A stretch of 64,000 nt of DNA from a virus, in the IMG/VR virus record IMGVR_UViG_3300046779_001735, positions 92,621 through 156,620 of that record, one strand, 5' to 3'. The stretch's first letter is position 1, and each line of letters starts with the position of its first letter. Below are positions 58,514-64,000 of the stretch, piece after piece. The notes under the pieces are model-generated. The model worked only from the letters and a program-made list of their open reading frames with translations, searched no databases and was not told where the DNA came from. The position numbers were made by a program, and so were the translations under genes.

Positions 58514-58722
58514 TGAACACATTAGCAAAGTTTGAAGAACTAGGCAATCGTGCAAGTTTTCATTATGCAGATGACTCGTGTAAAGAATGGGATTTGGCTC
58601 GTGATTGCAAAGATCAAGCAGAGAAGCTGTTTGTTCAGCATCCAGAGCTGCGCGAGGAAATGATCAAGATTTCCAAAGGCTTTTTGTGGACATTGTCTCC
58701 AGCACTGAAAGGAGCATACTAA
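58513..58722 (+). CDS. Hypothetical protein
   Basis: GGAGG RBS; TAATG coupling. Confidence 0.6.
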   Translation: MNTLAKFEELGNRASFHYADDSCKEWDLARDCKDQAEKLFVQHPELREEMIKISKGFLWTLSPALKGAY

Positions 58723-58925
58723 TGAGTATTCAATACATCACTGATGGTCGCAACGGACGCGGCGAACGTGTTATTTTGTGGCGCACTGGCGAATACACTT
58801 ACGAGCTTGACGTTGGTACAGGCATCTACAAGAAGAATCTCAAGTTTTACGAAACTGAATACTATGAAGCGTTGGAATTTTTTAATTCTGCTGTCTTGAA
58901 CTATCAAGACTTGGAGAGTGTATAA
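58722..58925 (+). CDS. Hypothetical protein
   Basis: AAGGAG RBS; TAATG coupling. Confidence 0.6.
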   Translation: MSIQYITDGRNGRGERVILWRTGEYTYELDVGTGIYKKNLKFYETEYYEALEFFNSAVLNYQDLESV

Positions 58926-59089
58926 TGGAAAAGATATTCATTGTGGTAGAAAAAATTGAGTATGAAGGATACACGATTATGCGTGCATTTTCACGGTATT
59001 CAGATGCTGCGGCCTATTCAGATGAGTTAACAGCAAACAATACCGTGCCTTTGTTTGAGTACGATGTATTAGAACGTGAGGTGTACTAA
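58925..59089 (+). CDS. Hypothetical protein (54 aa, not in ORF track)
   Basis: MEKIFIVVEKIEYEG...EREVY; coupled at both ends. Confidence 0.6.
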   Translation: MEKIFIVVEKIEYEGYTIMRAFSRYSDAAAYSDELTANNTVPLFEYDVLEREVY

Positions 59090-59487
59090 TGAACTTTGAT
59101 CGCAAGGTTAAATTTGTAACTCGCACCAACGGCAATGGTTATTGGTCTGACAAAGCAAAAACAGTTCGAGTCAATCGTGTAGAATTGGCTTCTTTAACCA
59201 CTGAAGAGTATGCTACATACGGTGAATTGCGAGTGTACTTCAACACTCAAGATTGGAATGTTGAATCAGACGGATTGATCTATTCGGACATGGGATGGAA
59301 ACACTCGTTCCTAACCTGTATGGAAAAAACTTTTGGTTTTAGCCCAGATGCTATACTTGACGTTTCTTACACTGAACAAGGTATGCAGGGCACTGACTAT
59401 GTTAGCCTGGATGTAGGACAGACGTTTTTAAACGAGTGTGCGCCGCTGTATCGTTTTGCAGTACACAAAGAAGCAGTTAACCTTTAA
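59089..59487 (+). CDS. Hypothetical protein (GLIYSD...YTEQGMQG motif)
   Basis: GAGG RBS. Confidence 0.65.
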   Translation: MNFDRKVKFVTRTNGNGYWSDKAKTVRVNRVELASLTTEEYATYGELRVYFNTQDWNVESDGLIYSDMGWKHSFLTCMEKTFGFSPDAILDVSYTEQGMQGTDYVSLDVGQTFLNECAPLYRFAVHKEAVNL

Positions 59488-59493
59488 TACACA

Positions 59494-59712
59494 ATGAAAT
59501 TAACATGGCAGCGTGATCCAAAACCGTTGTACTTGTGTGCAAGAATGGCCTATGAGCACGGCGCGGTCACTCCCACTGGCCTGCGCGACGAGCACCTAGA
59601 TCCTGTTGCAGCATGGTGCCAGGAAAATCGCTGTGGTGTGAGAACTGCATTTGATCAGTTTCGTTTTCGCAATGAACAAGAAATTGCAATGTTTTTGTTG
59701 AGGTGGTCTTGA
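59494..59712 (+). CDS. ...LRWS-family small protein 1
   Basis: AWC...FRF..E...MFLLRWS. Confidence 0.65.
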   Translation: MKLTWQRDPKPLYLCARMAYEHGAVTPTGLRDEHLDPVAAWCQENRCGVRTAFDQFRFRNEQEIAMFLLRWS

Positions 59713-59975
59713 ACTCAAGACAACGCAGACAACTTAGGCGCCAGTATCCTTATTTGGTGATCACCCGTTATCATGACTATGGTTCGTATCTTGACGCATG
59801 GGAATGGTTAAAGGAACGATACGGCGTAGGCAGATTACAGCCCCAAAATCAAGTTGACGCAGGGTGGCATGAGGAATTTACATCAGAGAACGATCTTGAC
59901 AATTGGAATTTTGGCGTAAGATGGCATTTCAAACGATCGCTTGATGCCACGGAGTTTGCATTGAGGTGGTCATAG
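59709..59975 (+). CDS. ...LRWS-family small protein 2
   Basis: TTG start overlaps the upstream TGA; ends EFALRWS. Confidence 0.6.
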   Translation: MNSRQRRQLRRQYPYLVITRYHDYGSYLDAWEWLKERYGVGRLQPQNQVDAGWHEEFTSENDLDNWNFGVRWHFKRSLDATEFALRWS

Positions 59976-60178
59976 TGTATTATCTAAGTCGCGCAGGCTC
60001 TCATCATCATAATCTGCTGCAATACTGGCGAAAAAATAGTTACCAATTTCAAGACACTGATTTTTGGTCGTGGTTGAAAGACACCCATGGTGCAGACCTA
60101 GACAGGAAAGCCAATCCTGTACGTTGGCAATTTAAAACTCAACAGGAATTACTGTGTTTTGCACTGAGGTGGGCATGA
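59975..60178 (+). CDS. ...LRWS-family small protein 3
   Basis: GTG start; ends CFALRWA. Confidence 0.6.
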   Translation: MYYLSRAGSHHHNLLQYWRKNSYQFQDTDFWSWLKDTHGADLDRKANPVRWQFKTQQELLCFALRWA

Positions 60179-60336
60179 TTTATCGAGCAAAGATGCCTGA
60201 AGCATTTGCCAGGATTGAGTGGTGCAAAAAAACATTTGGTGAAACCGATTATGATCAAGAGTGGTGGCGTGATCGCGGATATGTTTGTTTCCGCAATAAA
60301 CAAGATTATATGTTGTATTTGCTGAAGTGGACATGA
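60175..60336 (+). CDS. ...LRWS-family small protein 4
   Basis: ATGA overlap; ends LYLLKWT. Confidence 0.6.
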   Translation: MIYRAKMPEAFARIEWCKKTFGETDYDQEWWRDRGYVCFRNKQDYMLYLLKWT

Positions 60337-60581
60337 CCAAATCCAATAGACTAGATCACAGCAATCCTTTAAGCAGACCTTATTCTGAAAGATTGAATGA
60401 ATCGGGTTTTGTGCATTGTGTGCCTATGCGCATGAGCATTGAACCTTTCACACTTGATGATGTTCATTTCTGGTTGAGTGATCATGGACAACGTGTTAAA
60501 GTAGACTATATACTCAGTAATTGGTCAGTATATTTCAAAGACAGAACAATAGCTATTCTTTTTGCACTGAAATGGAGTTAG
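60333..60581 (+). CDS. ...LRWS-family small protein 5
   Basis: ATGA overlap; ends LFALKWS. Confidence 0.6.
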   Translation: MTKSNRLDHSNPLSRPYSERLNESGFVHCVPMRMSIEPFTLDDVHFWLSDHGQRVKVDYILSNWSVYFKDRTIAILFALKWS

Positions 60582-60657
60582 GGCCGGAAGCTTAAATGGT
60601 ATAAGCGTCCGACTCATAATCGGGGGATAGAGAGTTCGAATCTCTCCCGGCCCACCA
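60581..60657 (+). tRNA. tRNA with CAT anticodon, probably tRNA-Ile2 (lysidine type)
   Basis: Acceptor GGGCCGG/CCGGCCC, D arm GCTT/AAGC, anticodon arm TCCGA-CTCATAA-TCGGG, T arm GAGAG-TTCGAAT-CTCTC, encoded ACCA. Confidence 0.92.
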
Positions 60658-60663
60658 AACATC

Positions 60664-61032
60664 ATGGAATCTGAATATCCCAATCTAGATCAAGACGTTG
60701 AGGCCTGTGACTGGATCTGCGCCAAGATCCGTGCGCGAGATGACTATGCACAAAATTTCTATGCTGCTCTGTGCAACAACGAGTTTCAGCGCAATGAAGT
60801 TTGGCCCATACTGAAAAATCAAACCTGGGGCTGCACCTGGCGGTATGCAGGTGGTATTGTGGCCTATGTGCGTGACCAAGGCGACTACATTGATTGGTAT
60901 TGTTCGGGAATTCGCAGCGAAGTTGGACAAGGCAACAACGGATACGTAAGTGAAGGTTACATAACAGACGAAGTCCGTAAAGATCTGCTGCGTTTGGGCT
61001 GGATAGAATTTGAGCCTGAAAACTCAGATTGA
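60664..61032 (+). CDS. Hypothetical conserved phage protein
   Basis: YAQNFYAALCNN...WRYAGGIVA...DYIDWYCSG. Confidence 0.7.
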   Translation: MESEYPNLDQDVEACDWICAKIRARDDYAQNFYAALCNNEFQRNEVWPILKNQTWGCTWRYAGGIVAYVRDQGDYIDWYCSGIRSEVGQGNNGYVSEGYITDEVRKDLLRLGWIEFEPENSD

Positions 61033-61063
61033 CCAAATAATACCAATACCGTATAATTACGGT

Positions 61064-61222
61064 ATGAAAACTAAAGCCAAACTTCCAAAACTGCGCAATT
61101 GGGTCGTTAAAAACGATCACAATCGAGCTGTTCGTCATCGTGATGCCACACAGTATCAGCGCAGGGCCAAGCATCAAAATCGTGGGTTAGTAAGCACTTA
61201 CCTAGTTCAGGTTGACCAATAA
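61064..61222 (+). CDS. Small basic protein, ArfA-like C-terminal motif
   Basis: RNWVVK..NRAVRHRD..YQRRAKH; leaderless after TTGACC-17-TATAAT. Confidence 0.5.
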   Translation: MKTKAKLPKLRNWVVKNDHNRAVRHRDATQYQRRAKHQNRGLVSTYLVQVDQ

Positions 61223-61264
61223 TTCCCGTTTCTATATAATAGCAGTACAGTAAACAACAAGGAG
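61212..61264 (+). repeat. 53-bp promoter-RBS direct repeat, copy 1
   Basis: Identical to 61604-61656. Confidence 0.92.
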
Positions 61265-61270
61265 TTAAAA

Positions 61271-61600
61271 ATGAAACAAAAAGAACTAGATACCCTCAGC
61301 GCAGGTCAGTATGCCTGGGCTGCTGCCCAAAATGCTAGAATGCGAGCCATTGCCATGTGGAGTCACTATACACACGCCGAGCGCACTCGTGCAGAGCGCA
61401 TGCGGCTGGCACTGGAACTTTGCTATGCTGCCAAGGGCTTTCACGTTAATCCACGCGAAAAGTTCATTTCAATCAAAGTGGACAAACCGCAGATACGTGA
61501 TCGTAAACAGTTGCGATTGCTTGAAAGCGATTGGACTGAACAGGGCATTGTTAAAATTGCAACTGCACAGGGTGTAACATACCGTGTTGCTAAAAAATAA
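61271..61600 (+). CDS. Hypothetical early protein
   Basis: Lies between the two identical repeats. Confidence 0.7.
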   Translation: MKQKELDTLSAGQYAWAAAQNARMRAIAMWSHYTHAERTRAERMRLALELCYAAKGFHVNPREKFISIKVDKPQIRDRKQLRLLESDWTEQGIVKIATAQGVTYRVAKK

Positions 61601-61603
61601 ACA

Positions 61604-61656
61604 TTGACCAATAATTCCCGTTTCTATATAATAGCAGTACAGTAAACAACAAGGAG
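61604..61656 (+). repeat. 53-bp promoter-RBS direct repeat, copy 2
   Basis: Identical to 61212-61264. Confidence 0.92.
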
Positions 61657-61663
61657 CCACAGT

Positions 61664-61843
61664 ATGTCTAAGAAACACTTTGAACTGCTCGCCCACTACA
61701 TTTCAACCATGCTTGATCCACACTGCCGTTTGAATGCGGCTGTGGCAGTGGCATCGGCCTGTAAAGCAGCCAATCCTAGATTTAACGAGCAGCGATTCTT
61801 TGCTGCCTGCAACATCAACACACCAGTATCTGCTGAGGTTTAA
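61664..61843 (+). CDS. Small protein with NPRF..RF..AC motif (59 aa, not in ORF track)
   Basis: MSKKHFELLAH...ANPRFNEQRFFAAC; directly after the cassette RBS. Confidence 0.7.
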   Translation: MSKKHFELLAHYISTMLDPHCRLNAAVAVASACKAANPRFNEQRFFAACNINTPVSAEV

Positions 61844-61844
61844 C

Positions 61845-62045
61845 ATGACTTATCGTGTGTTCAAACATGGTCAAGAATTTGGTTCACGCAAAGGCCTAGA
61901 AGGTCCATTTTACTTTGGCAATGGCAGGGTGTTATACTATGATCCAAAAGCCGGAGATTATTGGGATCCGCTTACAGACTTTTATGTGGATCGTGAAGAA
62001 ATCAACCAGCTGCACGAGTACATGGCAAAGATACTGTCCAGATAG
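61845..62045 (+). CDS. Hypothetical protein (GLEGPF...LYYDPKAG.YWDP)
   Basis: GAGG RBS. Confidence 0.7.
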   Translation: MTYRVFKHGQEFGSRKGLEGPFYFGNGRVLYYDPKAGDYWDPLTDFYVDREEINQLHEYMAKILSR

Positions 62046-62107
62046 ACGGTTGACCAAAAAATGCCCATTTGCTACAATATTGGTACAGTAAAAAACAAGG
62101 AGTTTCA

Positions 62108-62359
62108 ATGTTGTCAGAAAAAGAGCAAGTGTTTAACATTTTGAAAAACAGCCCGCAGTTTGATCGTGAGCGTCATGGTAGCTTGTATGATCGTGGATCG
62201 GCGGACAGTTACTATCATCGTCCACGTAGCCCGCATTGGTGGCCCGAAGGCACCAGTATTGGCAAAAAGATTGTAGATCTTACTGAGGCAGAACGCGAAG
62301 AGTACTATGCAGGTTACGATTATAATGAACAATTTGGTGACAAGAAAAGGTGGGATTAA
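62108..62359 (+). CDS. Hypothetical protein (HGSLYDRGSADSYY)
   Basis: TTGACC-17-TACAAT cassette at 62050. Confidence 0.7.
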   Translation: MLSEKEQVFNILKNSPQFDRERHGSLYDRGSADSYYHRPRSPHWWPEGTSIGKKIVDLTEAEREEYYAGYDYNEQFGDKKRWD

Positions 62360-62360
62360 C

Positions 62361-62561
62361 ATGGGCAAGATGAAAGACATGGCTGTTGACATCATGGCGA
62401 TGGCTGAAAAACTCAACGATCCATATGGTTTTGAACATGAAACTGTGGAATATATTGCAACTGAATTTCAAATCAGTTGTGACGAAGTGCAAGCGGTGTT
62501 GGACATGATTGTGCCGCAAGAGTATGCTGACATTGACGCTGAATATTATGGGAGTGTGTAA
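62361..62561 (+). CDS. Small acidic protein
   Basis: MGKMKDMAVDI... Confidence 0.6.
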   Translation: MGKMKDMAVDIMAMAEKLNDPYGFEHETVEYIATEFQISCDEVQAVLDMIVPQEYADIDAEYYGSV

Positions 62562-62725
62562 TGGAAAATTTTCTTATTAGTGTAGAACATGATCCGGTGT
62601 CTGGCGCATACATGGCCAACTTTTATCAAGGACAGTGTATATTGCTGGGTGCCACTAGCTATCATGATGCAGTGCTAGAAGCCGACTTGCTTGAACCTGA
62701 AGAATATGAAGTGGGGTATAACTAA
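62561..62725 (+). CDS. Small acidic protein (54 aa, not in ORF track)
   Basis: TAATG-coupled; GGAG RBS. Confidence 0.55.
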   Translation: MENFLISVEHDPVSGAYMANFYQGQCILLGATSYHDAVLEADLLEPEEYEVGYN

Positions 62726-62904
62726 TGAACCGACTTGAACTTCTTGCTAACGAAATAGCCAGTCTCAGCAACACCAGTCTTGAACGATTGGCTTTTATAC
62801 TGGCTGAAGACTACAATCCAAGAGCCACGGTGCTAGAACAGCAGCTCAATCATGCTATGTTTGACAATGATGTAGCTCAGCGATTGGGAGTTATCCATGG
62901 GTAG
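62725..62904 (+). CDS. Small protein (59 aa, not in ORF track)
   Basis: TAATG-coupled. Confidence 0.55.
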   Translation: MNRLELLANEIASLSNTSLERLAFILAEDYNPRATVLEQQLNHAMFDNDVAQRLGVIHG

Positions 62905-63094
62905 TTTTAGCTATGTGCTTTTGGCAATAGCCAATTTAAGTGGACAGGTACAAGGCATGCCAGACGCAGAAGTGCGTGGCTACCACATGTCTGCCGCAGA
63001 CTGTGAACAAGAGCGACTGCGTGTTCAATTGCTTGACCGTCAAGGACGTGTGAGCTTACAATGTATAAAGGTAAACAACAATGCAATTAAATGA
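62897..63094 (+). CDS. Small exported/membrane protein with Cys pair
   Basis: GGAG RBS; architecture similar to 39604-39765. Confidence 0.5.
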   Translation: MGSFSYVLLAIANLSGQVQGMPDAEVRGYHMSAADCEQERLRVQLLDRQGRVSLQCIKVNNNAIK

Positions 63095-63317
63095 CTACAA
63101 GATAAACTGGGAAGAAACTGGCGAGGTTTTGAAAAAATTTCATGTAGCATGTAATCAAACCCACGGATGGCCCTATGAAGCAGGTTGGTTGAGTTCCACC
63201 CTGCAAAGACTTATTAGTACCTTGCCATTGGATCAAATGGAACAAGAACTTGAAATGTTTAAATCGCAAACTCGACAACTTGAAGCTATTGCTATTGTGT
63301 CTAAATTAACTGGATAA
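63081..63317 (+). CDS. Hypothetical protein
   Basis: PYEAGWLSS motif. Confidence 0.55.
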   Translation: MQLNDYKINWEETGEVLKKFHVACNQTHGWPYEAGWLSSTLQRLISTLPLDQMEQELEMFKSQTRQLEAIAIVSKLTG

Positions 63318-63319
63318 TC

Positions 63320-63511
63320 ATGAACCAACTCATTATTGATCGTTTAGCGGCACAAAGCACTGATGATATACTAGGTGTACCCGTGTTAGACCGATCTCGT
63401 TTTGCCAAGTTGATTGTACGGGAATGTATAAGACTTTGTGATGAAGTTGACCTAGCAGGTGCCGATGATTGTATTGATAAAATTCAAGATCATTTTGGAG
63501 TTGAATCGTGA
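63320..63511 (+). CDS. MNE..I/FAxLIVREC/FGVE-family small protein
   Basis: FAKLIVRECI...HFGVES. Confidence 0.65.
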   Translation: MNQLIIDRLAAQSTDDILGVPVLDRSRFAKLIVRECIRLCDEVDLAGADDCIDKIQDHFGVES

Positions 63512-63627
63512 ACGAAGCAATTGAGTTCGTTATGCAGTTTTACAATATTTCCAAGGAAGATGCCGTGAATCTTTATTGGGATGAGGTTGAAGCATACATG
63601 CAATTACTTAATCATGGAGTTGACTAA
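63508..63627 (+). CDS. 39-aa protein (MNEAIE...HGVD; not in ORF track)
   Basis: GTGA overlap; GGAG RBS. Confidence 0.5.
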   Translation: MNEAIEFVMQFYNISKEDAVNLYWDEVEAYMQLLNHGVD

Positions 63628-63673
63628 TGTTTTGGTTTATGATATGTTTGGCACTTATTTTGTTGAGTATGCG

Positions 63674-63877
63674 ATGAACGAAAATGTTAAAGCAATGTGG
63701 GCTGATCCACGGTTCAAACTGTTAGCAGACCTTGATAGACTGCTGGACGGTGATAAGATATGGGGTGGCATGGAATGGGTATATCATCCTATTCATCCTG
63801 CCAAGTATCGTCCTATGGCAGAACGGATTCGTGCAGAATTGCGTAACCTGTATACCGAATATGGAGTTGAAGAATGA
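63674..63877 (+). CDS. MNE...YGVEE-family small protein
   Basis: Shares termini with its neighbours. Confidence 0.55.
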   Translation: MNENVKAMWADPRFKLLADLDRLLDGDKIWGGMEWVYHPIHPAKYRPMAERIRAELRNLYTEYGVEE

Positions 63878-64000
63878 ACGAACGAATTAAAGAACTTATG
63901 GTCAGGTTGGTACCAGATGCCTTTATGACATATAAAGGATATCTATATCACTCCAGCGATCCTAAAGTTTTTGAACACAGTGATCCCGAGCCACTTTACA
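63874..64000 (+). CDS. MNERIKEL-family protein (3' truncated)
   Basis: ATGA overlap; GGAG RBS. Confidence 0.55.
   Translation, partial: MNERIKELMVRLVPDAFMTYKGYLYHSSDPKVFEHSDPEPLY

Noticed and set aside
47425-62107. Repeats interpreted as a CRISPR array
   Set aside because: The spacers are whole genes of 200-600 bp, the repeats are promoter plus RBS, and no cas operon is present.
362-63278. Numerous 60-170-aa antisense or nested ORFs from the six-frame track
   Set aside because: They overlap well-supported genes and lack RBS, promoters or motifs; treated as shadow ORFs.
1-64000. Alternative genetic code (stop-codon reassignment)
   Set aside because: Known genes are full length in code 11, and TAA, TAG and TGA all terminate recognisable proteins.

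Overview
This window is part of the genome of a large T4-like (jumbo-type) tailed phage in the standard genetic code. The host is probably a PHA-storing proteobacterium, most likely a betaproteobacterium; this is inferred from the iscU, iscA, desaturase, clpP, rubrerythrin and phasin-like genes. The stretch 1-47 kb is mostly late/middle genes behind TAA(A/G)TA late-type promoters. It holds virion and internal head proteins, a tail fibre, PAAR, nrdA/nrdB/glutaredoxin, DNA ligase, an exonuclease, a PHP-less DnaE, iscU/iscA, a fatty-acid desaturase, clpX, two clpP, clpS, hsp20, ribosomal protein bS21 and uvsE. It also holds a dispersed set of sugar/amine-modifying enzymes: two amidinotransferases, ugd, 2OG oxygenases, radical SAM, GT-like, TylF and Asn-synthase-like. 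The stretch 47-64 kb is an early/accessory region of small genes on repeated sigma70 promoter-RBS cassettes, with paralogue arrays and a tRNA(CAT). The strongest candidates for new biology are five. (1) A putatively virion-packaged polyprotein joining a pol-beta nucleotidyltransferase to a ligase-fold domain. (2) A ~210-nt structured intergenic RNA with its own promoter. (3) Host-type sensory elements on stress genes: a PhaR-like box on the phasin, a ROSE thermometer on hsp20 and a LysR/OxyR-like box on rubrerythrin. (4) Pervasive leaderless transcripts alongside a phage bS21. (5) A ParB-like/GIY-YIG/HNH cassette. All calls come from reading motifs by eye; no searches were run.
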